From NCBI RefSeq assembly GCF_054482595.1, contig NZ_CM137008.1: DNA of 64,000 nucleotides; one strand, given 5' to 3'. Every line of letters begins with the position of its first letter. Within the stretch, counting starts at the first letter, position 1. A model generated the notes under the pieces. The model was not told the DNA's origin, did no database searches, and saw only the letters and a list, made by a program, of their open reading frames with translations. Below are positions 46,896-55,864 of this stretch, piece after piece. The position numbers and the translations under genes were made by a program.

Positions 46896-47971
46896 ACGAC
46901 AATGTCACGCTACGGGTAAATGGCCGGGAGTGGAATGGCTGGACATCGGTGCGCATCGGTGCCGGTATTGAACGGCTGGCACGGGATTTCAGTGTGGAGA
47001 TCACCCGCCAGTGGCCGGGAGATGAGGGTATCACCACGCTTCAGCCGCGTATTAAAAACGGTTCAAAAGTGGAAGTTCTGATTAGTGATGAACTGGTGAT
47101 CACCGGCTGGGTGGAGGCGACGCCCGTTCGTTACGATGCCCGTTCGGTCAGCACCGGTATTGCCGGACGCAGTCTGACCGCTGACCTGATTGACTGTGCA
47201 GCCGAACCGACACAGTTTAACGGACGATCGCTGGTACAGATTGCGCAGGCGCTTGCTGCGCCTTTCGGCATTGAGGTGGTGAACAACGGTGCGCCGTCGG
47301 GCGTTATTCCTGATGTCCAGCCTGATCACGGCGAAACGGTGATTGAGGTGATCAACAAAATACTCGGTCAGCAGCAGGCACTGGCTTACGACGACCCGCA
47401 CGGCAGGCTGGTGATTGGCGGTATTGGCTCAACGCGGGCACATACCGCGCTTGTACTCGGGGAAAACATCCTTTCCTGCGATACGGAGAAGAGTATCCGG
47501 GAGCGGTTTTCTGTTTACCAGGTGGCGGGGCAGCGTGCCGGAAACGACGATGATTTCGGTGAGGCCACCACCACCGCGCTGCGGGCCCGCACAGAGGACG
47601 CATTTATTTCCCGTTACCGTCCGATGTATATCAGGCAGACAGGGCAGGCCACGGGGGCAGGCTGTATTGCCCGTGCTGACTTTGAAGCCCGACAACGGGC
47701 GGCGCGGACGGATGAAACCACCTATGTGGTGCAGGGCTGGCGACAGGGTAACGGTACGCTGTGGCAGCCCAACCAGCGGGTGATTGTCTTCGATCCGGTC
47801 TGTGGTTTCGACAATACCGAACTGCTTGTCTCGGAAGTCACGTTTACTCTGGACCAGAACGGCACCCTGACGGAAATCCGTGTCGGCCCACCTGATGCTT
47901 ATCTGCCTGAACCCGAAGCCCCCGGCGCGCGGAAAAAGAAAAAAGCCAGAGTACAGGAGGACCCGTTCTGA
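46892..47971 (+). CDS. Baseplate hub protein (Mu gpP-like)
   Basis: 359 aa; conserved Mu-like tail gene order. Confidence 0.65.
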   Translation: MNDNVTLRVNGREWNGWTSVRIGAGIERLARDFSVEITRQWPGDEGITTLQPRIKNGSKVEVLISDELVITGWVEATPVRYDARSVSTGIAGRSLTADLIDCAAEPTQFNGRSLVQIAQALAAPFGIEVVNNGAPSGVIPDVQPDHGETVIEVINKILGQQQALAYDDPHGRLVIGGIGSTRAHTALVLGENILSCDTEKSIRERFSVYQVAGQRAGNDDDFGEATTTALRARTEDAFISRYRPMYIRQTGQATGAGCIARADFEARQRAARTDETTYVVQGWRQGNGTLWQPNQRVIVFDPVCGFDNTELLVSEVTFTLDQNGTLTEIRVGPPDAYLPEPEAPGARKKKKARVQEDPF

Positions 47972-48519
47972 TGAGTACGATTGAAGCCATGCAGCGACAA
48001 CTCCTCGGCCTGATTGGGCGGGCCGTGGTGAAAAGCATCAGTGCCGCCACGAAATGTCAGACCGTGGATGTGTCCCTGATTGCCGGTGAACCCAAAGCCG
48101 GGGTTGAACATCTTGAACCCTACGGTTTTACCGCAAGGGCAAACAGCGGTGCGGAAGCGGTGGTGTTGTTTCCGGATGGCGACCGTTCTCATGCGGTGGT
48201 TGTTACGGTGTCGGACCGGCGCTACCGCCTGAAAGGGCTGCAGACGGGTGAGGTGGCTGTCTATGACGATCAGGGGCAGTCCGTGACACTGACCCGGGAG
48301 GGGATCGTGGTGGACGGTGCAGGTAAAACGATCACGTTTTGCAATTCACCTAAAGCACGTTTTGAAATGGACCTTGAAGTGACCGGACAGGTGAAAGACC
48401 TGTGCGACTCCGGCGGCACCACCATGTCAGCGATGCGGCTTGCCTATAACGGGCATCGTCACAGAGAGAACGGTCAGGGCAGTAACACCGACAAACCTGA
48501 TAAAGCGATGGAGGCATGA
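47971..48519 (+). CDS. Baseplate assembly protein V / spike (Mu gp45-like)
   Basis: 182 aa; conserved position. Confidence 0.65.
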   Translation: MSTIEAMQRQLLGLIGRAVVKSISAATKCQTVDVSLIAGEPKAGVEHLEPYGFTARANSGAEAVVLFPDGDRSHAVVVTVSDRRYRLKGLQTGEVAVYDDQGQSVTLTREGIVVDGAGKTITFCNSPKARFEMDLEVTGQVKDLCDSGGTTMSAMRLAYNGHRHRENGQGSNTDKPDKAMEA

Positions 48520-48944
48520 TGGAACTGTGGCTGACGGTGAACGGTAAACGCACCTGCGCCAGCGCACCGCTGGATCCGCTGACCCGCGCCGTGGTGATTT
48601 CCATGTTTACCTGGCGGCGGGCGGAGCCTGATGACAATGCCGACGTCCCGATGGGATGGTGGGGGGATACCTGGCCTGCGGTACAGAATGACCGTTACGG
48701 CTCCCGACTGTGGCTGCTTCAGCGCAGCAAACTGACCAATCAACTGGTGCAGACGGTAAGGGGGTATATCCGCGAATGCCTGCAATGGATGATTGATGAC
48801 GGCGTGGTGTCCCGTATTGATCTGGATATCCGCCGCACCGGGATTAATGAACTGGGTAACAGTATCACTCTCTGGCGTCGTGACGGACCGGTAATGATTT
48901 CTTTTGATGATCTGTGGAGTGCGATAACGCATGGCGGACAGTGA
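48516..48944 (+). CDS. Baseplate protein (GP46 family)
   Basis: 142 aa; conserved position. Confidence 0.6.
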   Translation: MMELWLTVNGKRTCASAPLDPLTRAVVISMFTWRRAEPDDNADVPMGWWGDTWPAVQNDRYGSRLWLLQRSKLTNQLVQTVRGYIRECLQWMIDDGVVSRIDLDIRRTGINELGNSITLWRRDGPVMISFDDLWSAITHGGQ

Positions 48945-49989
48945 ATTTCAGCGCCCGACGCTGGCAGAAAATATCAGTATGCTCCGTAACGATTTATTCG
49001 CCAGGCTGGACGTCAGCGACACGCTCCGGCGCATGGATGAAGACGTGCGGGCAAAGGTGTATGCGGCGGCGCTGCATACGGTTTACGGGTACATCGATTA
49101 TCTGGCAATGAACATGCTGCCTGATCTGTGCGATGAGTCCTGGCTGGCGCGACATGCTGCGATGAAACGGTGTCCGCGCAAGGGGGCCACGGCTGCCAGC
49201 GGGTATATGCGCTGGGAAGGTGTCAGCGATGGCCTGAAGGTGACCGCCGGAAGTGTTATTCAGCGCGATGACCTGGTTCAGTACACGGCAACTGCCGATG
49301 CAACCAGCACCGGTGGTGTCCTGCGCGTGCCGATCGCCTGCTCAAGTGCAGGCGCGGTCGGTAACGCTGACGACGGTACGTCATTAATTTTGGTCACGCC
49401 GGTTAATGGTCTGCCGTCTTCCGGCGAGGCAGATACCCTGACAGGTGGATTTGATACTGAAGAGCTGGAAACGTGGCGCGCCCGCGTCATTGAGCGGTAT
49501 TACTGGACGCCTCAGGGCGGGGCTGACGGGGACTATGTCGTCTGGGCTAAAGAAGTGCCCGGCATTACCCGCGCATGGACATACCGACACTGGATGGGAA
49601 CGGGGACTGTCGGTGTGATGATTGCCAGCAGTGACCTGATTAACCCCATTCCGGAAGAATCAACGGAAACGGCGGCAAGACAACATATCGAGCCACTGGC
49701 CCCGGTGGCAGGCTCTGATTTGTATGTATTCAGGCCGGTGGCGCACAAAGTGGATTTTCATATCCGCGTGACGCCGGACACACCGGAAATACGGGCTGCC
49801 ATCACCGCGGAGTTGCGTTCATTCCTGCTACGTGATGGTTATCCGCAGGGAGAGCTGAAGGTATCGCGTATCAGTGAAGCGATTTCCGGTGCGAACGGGG
49901 AATACAGCCATCAGTTGCTTGCTCCGGCGGACAATATCTCCATTGCAAAAAATGAACTGGCGGTTCTGGGGACGATTTCATGGACGTGA
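48931..49989 (+). CDS. Baseplate J-like protein (Mu gp47-like)
   Basis: 352 aa; conserved position. Confidence 0.7.
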   Translation: MADSEFQRPTLAENISMLRNDLFARLDVSDTLRRMDEDVRAKVYAAALHTVYGYIDYLAMNMLPDLCDESWLARHAAMKRCPRKGATAASGYMRWEGVSDGLKVTAGSVIQRDDLVQYTATADATSTGGVLRVPIACSSAGAVGNADDGTSLILVTPVNGLPSSGEADTLTGGFDTEELETWRARVIERYYWTPQGGADGDYVVWAKEVPGITRAWTYRHWMGTGTVGVMIASSDLINPIPEESTETAARQHIEPLAPVAGSDLYVFRPVAHKVDFHIRVTPDTPEIRAAITAELRSFLLRDGYPQGELKVSRISEAISGANGEYSHQLLAPADNISIAKNELAVLGTISWT

Positions 49990-50564
49990 CAAACGATGAT
50001 TACATCCGTCTGTTGTCGGCACTGTTGCCCCCTGGTCCGGCGTGGTCAGCCAGCGATCCGGCGATTGCCGGTGCGGCACCGTCATTAACCCGTGCTCATC
50101 AGCGTGCGGATGCCCTGATGCGGGAGCTGGATCCGCGCACCACCACCGAACTGATAAACCGCTGGGAGCGTCTGTGCGGCCTGCCGGATGAATGTATTCC
50201 GGCAGGGACGCAGACCCTTCGCCAGCGTCAGCAACGGCTGGATGCGAAGGTTAACCTGGCGGGCGGCATCAATGAGGATTTTTACCTTGCGCAGCTTGCT
50301 GCCCTGGGCAGACCAGATGCCACCATCACGCGATACGACAAAAGCACGTTCACCTGCTCATCGGCCTGTACTGACGCGGTGAATGCGCCGGAATGGCGGT
50401 ATTACTGGCAGGTCAATATGTCAGCTGCCACCAACACCACCTGGATGACATGTGGCGATCCCTGCGATTCCGCACTGCGTATCTGGGGGGACACCGTTAT
50501 CGAGTGCGTGCTTAACAAACTCTGCCCATCGCATACCTACGTAATTTTTAAATATCCGGAGTAA
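49980..50564 (+). CDS. Tail protein (Mu gp48 / YmfQ-like, DUF2313)
   Basis: 194 aa directly preceding the tail fibre gene, as e14 ymfQ precedes stfP. Confidence 0.6.
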   Translation: MDVTNDDYIRLLSALLPPGPAWSASDPAIAGAAPSLTRAHQRADALMRELDPRTTTELINRWERLCGLPDECIPAGTQTLRQRQQRLDAKVNLAGGINEDFYLAQLAALGRPDATITRYDKSTFTCSSACTDAVNAPEWRYYWQVNMSAATNTTWMTCGDPCDSALRIWGDTVIECVLNKLCPSHTYVIFKYPE

Positions 50565-50567
50565 TCC

Positions 50568-51494
50568 ATGCATCGTATAGACACGAAAACCGCGCAAAAG
50601 GATAAGTTCGGCGCGGGTAAGAACGGTTTTACCCGTGGTAACCCCCAGACAGGCACGCCTGCCACCGATCTGGATGATGACTACTTTGACATGTTGCAGG
50701 AAGAGCTCTGCAGCGTGGTGGAGGCATCCGGTGCCAGCCTGGAGAAGGGGCGGCATGACCAGCTGCTTACCGCGCTTCGTGCGCTGCTGTTAAGTCGCAA
50801 AAATCCGTTTGGCGATATCAAATCGGACGGCACGGTGAAAACGGCTCTTCAAAACCTTGGTTTGGGAGATACAAGCGGATACGTGGGACGCCGGCTGAGT
50901 ACCCGGGTTTTCACGTCATCAGGTACGTACACCCCGACGCCAGGAACAAAACGGATCAGGGTCACAATAACGGGCGGCGGTGGCGGAGGGGGCGGCTGCA
51001 AGGCTATATCCAATAATGAAACGTTTTTCGGTGCTGGCGGTGGGGCCGGTGGAACAATAATTTCAATAATGACCCCGACACAGAATAGTTATCCAGTCAC
51101 TATCGGCGCAGGTGGGGCCGGTGGTGTTAGTGCGACGAACGGCACCAGGGGCGGGAATAGCGTATTCGCATCGTTAATTGCTCCTGGTGGCGCAGGCGGC
51201 GGAAAGTCAGGAGTCACAAACACAAACGGTGGTAACGGCGGCGTGCCAAGTACTGGCGGTATCAACATCATTGGTGGAAATGGAGGCGACGGTCAGTCCG
51301 GAAATATCGGCGTCAGCGGTGAAGGCGGAACATCGTACTGGGGGGGCGGTGGACGCGCAGGCGCTGGCGGTGGTGTTAGTGGTAAGGCATATGGTTCAGG
51401 TGGCGGTGGCGCATACGATGCCGGTTATAGCGGAACCAGTATGACAGGCGGGAAAGGTGCTGCTGGGATTTGTATTATCGAGGAGTTTGCATAA
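50568..51494 (+). CDS. Tail fibre protein (constant N-terminus plus glycine-rich variable C-terminus in active orientation)
   Basis: 308 aa; conserved N-terminal about 95 aa, then Gly-rich repeats ([26 protein letters not shown]); inversion crossover site lies inside at 50852..50869. Confidence 0.8.
   Translation: MHRIDTKTAQKDKFGAGKNGFTRGNPQTGTPATDLDDDYFDMLQEELCSVVEASGASLEKGRHDQLLTALRALLLSRKNPFGDIKSDGTVKTALQNLGLGDTSGYVGRRLSTRVFTSSGTYTPTPGTKRIRVTITGGGGGGGGCKAISNNETFFGAGGGAGGTIISIMTPTQNSYPVTIGAGGAGGVSATNGTRGGNSVFASLIAPGGAGGGKSGVTNTNGGNGGVPSTGGINIIGGNGGDGQSGNIGVSGEGGTSYWGGGGRAGAGGGVSGKAYGSGGGGAYDAGYSGTSMTGGKGAAGICIIEEFA
50852..50869. repeat. Invertase crossover site (left), AAACC-TT-GGTTTGGGAGA
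   Basis: hix/gix-like core AAACC-NN-GGTTT; 17 of 18 nt match the reverse complement of 52678..52695. Confidence 0.65.
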
Positions 51495-51904
51495 TGAATG
51501 CGTCATATGCAGTTATTGAAAATGGGATGGTTGTGAATGTCATTGTCTGGGATGGCGAGGCTGAATTCACAGTGCCGGATAATCAGCAGCTCATTGATAT
51601 TTCTGATATCAGTGAGCATCCCGGAATCGGCTGGGGGTATTCAGACGGGGTATTTACTGCGCCGCTCCCTCCGGAACGTTCTCATGATGAACTGGTAGCT
51701 GACGCTGAACAGAAAAAACAGTCGCTGATAGACGCAGCAATGGCCAATATCAGCGTGATTCAGTTAAAGCTGCAGGCCGGGCGCAAACTGACGCAAGAAG
51801 AAACTACCCGACTTAACGTTGTGCTGGATTACATTGACGCGGTGACAGCAACTGATACCAGCACCGCGCCAGATGTCATCTGGCCTGAACTGCCGGAGGC
51901 GTAG
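51494..51904 (+). CDS. Tail fibre assembly protein (Tfa), active orientation
   Basis: ATG overlaps fibre stop (TAATG) with AGGAG RBS; C-terminal conserved Tfa tail (W/PELPE); mirrored by a convergent Tfa paralogue. Confidence 0.75.
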   Translation: MNASYAVIENGMVVNVIVWDGEAEFTVPDNQQLIDISDISEHPGIGWGYSDGVFTAPLPPERSHDELVADAEQKKQSLIDAAMANISVIQLKLQAGRKLTQEETTRLNVVLDYIDAVTATDTSTAPDVIWPELPEA

Positions 51905-52316
51905 GCCATTCAATATCTGGCCCACTGGAAGTATCGACCAGCTCCAGTGCGTCCAGATAATCCAGCCACAAATTATATTGCGCCAGTTCCTCACCTTTCA
52001 GACGACCAATAGCCGCTTTACCAGCCCATTGTTTACTGTTCATATAATCGTTAGCCTGATTAATCAATTGCTGCTTTTCCAGTTCGGCTGCAGCAATCTG
52101 TTCCTCATGTGTTGGTGGTGGAATTTCAGACCATGCAGGAAAACCATTTTCTCCAGCGATACGGATTTTTCCTTTCGGCGGTAATCCGGAAAACTCAATA
52201 TACGCTTGCTCATCAACTTCAACAGCATCATCTGGCCATGAGTCAGCTTGAGTGTAATCCTCTTTCATTTCCAGTGGATAGAAAGAGTTTGTAGTCGCGG
52301 AATATATGTAATTCAT
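51876..52316 (-). CDS. Tail fibre assembly protein (Tfa'), alternative, in inverted orientation
   Basis: 146 aa; convergent with tfa; C-terminus DIEWPTPPAVQAR similar to the active Tfa. Confidence 0.7.
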   Translation of the reverse strand: MNYIYSATTNSFYPLEMKEDYTQADSWPDDAVEVDEQAYIEFSGLPPKGKIRIAGENGFPAWSEIPPPTHEEQIAAAELEKQQLINQANDYMNSKQWAGKAAIGRLKGEELAQYNLWLDYLDALELVDTSSGPDIEWPTPPAVQAR

Positions 52317-52337
52317 TTTTCACTCCATATAGCTAAA

Positions 52338-52700
52338 TTAACAGCCTAACGCTAAAAATGAAGCGCCGAGACCTGGAGTACTGGCTCTGGATATAAATTT
52401 AACCGGGTCGGAACTAAAACCTGCGCAGGCAATATAACCAACAGACCCGCTATCTGGTGTGTAGTCTTGTGAGACCAAAACACGCAGACATCGGTTTGGA
52501 AATGCAATCGGAAAATGGGTTACCACATCCTGTGCAATGCCTGGTGCGCCGATTGAGCCCCACTGAAGAATAAAACCAGATGGTAATTTTTGATATCCAG
52601 TACCTGAAACAGAAAGCGTGAAGCTACCCATATCAGGTATCTGATTCGTCCCTGTCCCCACATTCCTTTTTGCCGCTTCTCCCAAACCAACGTTTATGAA
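52338..52700 (-). other. Alternative tail-fibre variable C-terminal coding segment (promoterless, inverted orientation)
   Basis: Open frame on minus strand from the right crossover site to 52338, Gly/Ser-rich like fibre tips; would be fused to the constant fibre N-terminus after inversion. Confidence 0.6.
52678..52695. repeat. Invertase crossover site (right), inverted relative to 50852..50869
   Basis: Reverse complement AAACGTTGGTTTGGGAGA matches the left site with one mismatch. Confidence 0.65.
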
Positions 52701-52756
52701 AATGCAGAAATAACAAGCAAATGGCATCATTCCTGCTTTTGTCAGGGAGATCTATC

Positions 52757-52885
52757 ATGCTTATTGGTTATGTACGCGTATCAACAAATGACCAGAATAC
52801 CGATCTACAACGCAATGCGCTGAACTGTGCAGGGTGTGAGCTGATTTTTGAAGACAAGATAAGCGGTACAAAGTCCGAGACCTAG
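52757..52885 (+). pseudogene. Truncated serine DNA invertase (Pin/Gin/Hin family), N-terminal 42 codons only
   Basis: MLIGYVRVSTNDQNTDLQRNALNCAGCELIFEDKISGTKSET then stop; matches the invertase N-terminus including the catalytic Ser region; remainder replaced by unrelated AT-rich DNA. Confidence 0.8.
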
Positions 52886-52980
52886 GGCTGACACTGCTGT
52901 TCTTGATGCAAATTAAAGGATTTAATAGTGAGTAGCGGCCTTACTAATGTAAGGCCGCTATAATCATTTTATTAATTGCA

Positions 52981-54930
52981 TTAATCGTGTTTTGGCCATA
53001 CTTTCAATGCAATTTCCCCCAACTTTTTACCCCGCTCCAGGATTTCATCCTCATCCCATTTATCCTTAACTATAAGTGGAATGTTCAGTCGTAGATTGGT
53101 GTGGACGATGAGAGCATCACGTTTTTTCAGAAATACAGCATTCTGAACAGAACGGTTTACGCTAAGGTTAAGCAAAGTTAGATTTCCCAACGTAGCTATC
53201 GCTTGTTGCCGTTTCCTTACCAGTAGCTGTTCAGGGGTAAGATCGGTTCCAGACAGAACAATTTGGTTCAATACCGTAGCATCTGAATTTGTCACCATAT
53301 GACCATTTTCGAGAGGCCAACAGGAAAACCAACTTTGAGGCATAAGATGATCGATATCGAGATTGGAAAGATTTGGACCATCAGGCTTCTCTGTCTTCAC
53401 TTGGCGACAAAGTTCTCTTTCAAGTTCCGTTAACATTGAGCGCATTTTCGGTGCGTCGAGCCTGCCAGGATAAAGTGGAGCATTGATGCAAGCATTGAGA
53501 AATTCTGAGTCACCAGGCCAACGTGAGGCTTCGCCATTTAAGCTATTGAGGATATTACGTAACTCAACACTGGAAATTTCCGTTTTAGACAAGTGCCGCA
53601 ATACATTCATAAATACATTGTTGTAATTCTTTGGCGTCAGGCCACATACGGCTCTTCGTACTACGTAGGAGACAAGATCATTATACATGGCTGCTTTCTC
53701 ATCATCAGCGATGTTAGCTATCGAAATGAACAAAGCAAGCGGATAAAGTGTCGTCACATCATAGTCTGCGATGCGATATCCAAAGTGTGAGATGGGGGTT
53801 GTGCCAAAACCATCAACCAATTCTTTATATTGTGATGCATATTGTTTGAGGCGCTTTACTTGCAGATCTGCTCGTTGTGAAGACAAGTCCTTACTTACAT
53901 AATCACGATACTCATTGTAAAGGCGAGACAGATCAATTTCACGCTGCCTTTCTGATTGCAATGTCGCATGTACTAGCCACTCCATGCGTGGTTTATTAAT
54001 ACGTCCACGGCGTTGCTTTTCCGACCAGTATTTATCTTCAAAGCTCTTCCACTCATTTTCATATAATTCAATAGCATTAATATTTTCATGCTCAGCGCAC
54101 ATAAAGATATAGTTGCGAATAAGATCCGTGGCATGAAGTTCCGCCCCTCGCCCATTTAATGTTTCAAAAATTATTTGGGCATCATCTTCAGCTTCGAGAA
54201 ATATGCTTACCAGTTTCAGATCTGTTAAGACAGCCTCAATTAGAGCTACAGCATTTTCTTGTGGTGAGTGGTTTTCTATTTTAATCCATTTTATAAAGGC
54301 TTCAGTAAAAAAACATAATGCTTCTAGTGATGGCGGGTGATTAAAATGCTTACGCAACGTACCATGCTGCGTGAAACTATCAGAGAATACGTCCCGGAGA
54401 TCGTCAATATTTTCAACATTAAAACTTTGAATAAAATGAGTTTGATCCCGAAAAGTTGGCCATAGTTTGAAGCGTTCTACTTCTTTATTTCGCATTGTGT
54501 CTTCGTTTGAGTTTTTCAGGCAAGGCGAAATGAGAGCCTCTAAGCTGAAAAGATCCGTAGCACGTAATGCTAATCGGATGGATGCCAGAACATATTGAAG
54601 AGTGGTCAATCGTTGCTGACCATCAATAATATGTATGGAATCTACACCTAATAATCCTTTTTTTGATTGAGGTTCCAGTACAACCGCACCAAGGAAATGG
54701 GGAGTTGGTTTTGTACCCGAGAGCCGGGATTGTGCTTTCTCTAGGATATCCTCCAGTAGAGCTGACCATTGGTCTTGCTGAGTCCATACATAGGCACGTT
54801 GATAGAATGGAACACAGTATTGTCGGCGGTCTTGAAAAAGTTGTTGGACAGTTAGCGTCTCGGATTTCATGGTATACCTGTAAGCGACATTGTACAAAAG
54901 TGAGGAGTTAATCTGATTTAGAACAATCAT
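52981..54930 (-). CDS. GmrSD-like type IV restriction endonuclease family protein (N-terminal DUF262, C-terminal DUF1524/HNH-like)
   Basis: 649 aa; DUF262 motifs (YCVPFYQRAYVW, IIDGQQRLTTL) and C-terminal His-Me finger region (LDIDHLMPQSW ... NLTLLNLSVNRS); AT-rich. Confidence 0.75.
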   Translation of the reverse strand: MIVLNQINSSLLYNVAYRYTMKSETLTVQQLFQDRRQYCVPFYQRAYVWTQQDQWSALLEDILEKAQSRLSGTKPTPHFLGAVVLEPQSKKGLLGVDSIHIIDGQQRLTTLQYVLASIRLALRATDLFSLEALISPCLKNSNEDTMRNKEVERFKLWPTFRDQTHFIQSFNVENIDDLRDVFSDSFTQHGTLRKHFNHPPSLEALCFFTEAFIKWIKIENHSPQENAVALIEAVLTDLKLVSIFLEAEDDAQIIFETLNGRGAELHATDLIRNYIFMCAEHENINAIELYENEWKSFEDKYWSEKQRRGRINKPRMEWLVHATLQSERQREIDLSRLYNEYRDYVSKDLSSQRADLQVKRLKQYASQYKELVDGFGTTPISHFGYRIADYDVTTLYPLALFISIANIADDEKAAMYNDLVSYVVRRAVCGLTPKNYNNVFMNVLRHLSKTEISSVELRNILNSLNGEASRWPGDSEFLNACINAPLYPGRLDAPKMRSMLTELERELCRQVKTEKPDGPNLSNLDIDHLMPQSWFSCWPLENGHMVTNSDATVLNQIVLSGTDLTPEQLLVRKRQQAIATLGNLTLLNLSVNRSVQNAVFLKKRDALIVHTNLRLNIPLIVKDKWDEDEILERGKKLGEIALKVWPKHD

Positions 54931-55673
54931 TTTATTTTGCTATGATACAACGTATTTGTTACCGGTTAAGCAAAAAACGCGTCTGAACGCTGACGTTTTA
55001 GGGCTTTACTGGTTATTCTTTCTTATCTCTTCATCATCCCATCGGCATCCTGTCGAGGTTGTTGACTTGTTGTTATTTATTTTGTCTAGGCGCTGTTTAA
55101 TTATTATTGATAGAACTGATGGTGAGAGGTGATTGAAACCGTAGGCACGTCGTTTGCAAGGACGTGCTACGACTGGCTGGTGAATTTCCGATAGTGCGAG
55201 TATTGAATGATTTCCTACGTGCTAACTAGTGAACAAACAACTCTTCAGTAGACTCTCAGGTATCATTCAGAGTTTCCTGAACGAAAGTTTTAGCTCAATC
55301 TTTATCTGCAGTATGTCTAACTGAAAAACTATCGTTGCTGGTGGCTTTTACGATCATCTCCACATCGTCATAACGCTTGCCAATGTGTTGGGTTAATTCT
55401 TCCTTTAACGCGTCCACAGCGCCGTTTGGCATTTGGTCATTTGTCTTTGGCTATGGAGATCTCAATACGCATAACACTTCTTTTGTACTGCGTTTGTAGA
55501 CAGTATTATTCTTATCTGTGTAAATAAACAGTATCAAGACTTCGTTTTAGCTGCATAAGAAAAAAGAGATGGATACATTCGGAAAGCTTTTGATGGTGGT
55601 AGGCTAAGTGAATAGCCTAAAGGTGTTTTACCCCAATTATTCCCCGGTATTTCTCCGCATAAAAAACAATCAT

Positions 55674-55703
55674 AAAAAAACCAGCCATAATAGGCTGGTT
55701 TTT
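55674..55703. terminator. Bidirectional rho-independent terminator (phage-borne homologue of the proL terminator)
   Basis: Stem CCAGCC/GGCTGG with loop ATAATA flanked by A-run and T-run; lies just 3' of the restored tRNA-Pro. Confidence 0.65.
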
Positions 55704-55705
55704 AA

Positions 55706-55762
55706 GGGATTTTTGGTCGGCACGAGAGGATTTGAACCTCCGACCCCCGACACCCCATGACG
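55706..55762. repeat. attR: 57-bp direct repeat (overlaps 3' part of intact proL)
   Basis: Identical to 16229..16285. Confidence 0.85.
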
Positions 55763-55790
55763 GTGCGCTACCAGGCTGCGCTACGTGCCG
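55714..55790 (-). tRNA. proL: tRNA-Pro (anticodon GGG)
   Basis: 77 nt; reverse complement reads CGGCACGTAGCGCAGCCTGGTAGCGCACCGTCATGGGGTGTCGGGGGTCGGAGGTTCAAATCCTCTCGTGCCGACCA with T-loop GGTTCAAATCC and CCA end. Confidence 0.92.
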
Positions 55791-55864
55791 ACTCGTGGCT
55801 GTTAATACTACCGTTTTCCACACCGATTGCAAGTAAGATATTTCGCTAACTGATTTATAATTAA

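Larger units (their letters stand above)
16229..55762. mobile_element. Mosaic temperate prophage integrated in proL (lambda-like regulation/lysis, HK97-like head, Mu-like contractile tail)
   Basis: Bounded by 57-bp direct repeats; contains integrase, excisionase, cI/cro, replication, Q, lysis, terminase, portal, capsid, sheath/tube/tape-measure, baseplate and tail-fibre genes; the host genes either side are neighbours of proL in E. coli K-12 as I recall. Confidence 0.9.

Noticed and set aside
50940-51440. Repetitive GGN-rich DNA
   Set aside because: Encodes the glycine-rich repeats of the tail fibre; not a CRISPR array or simple-sequence repeat locus.
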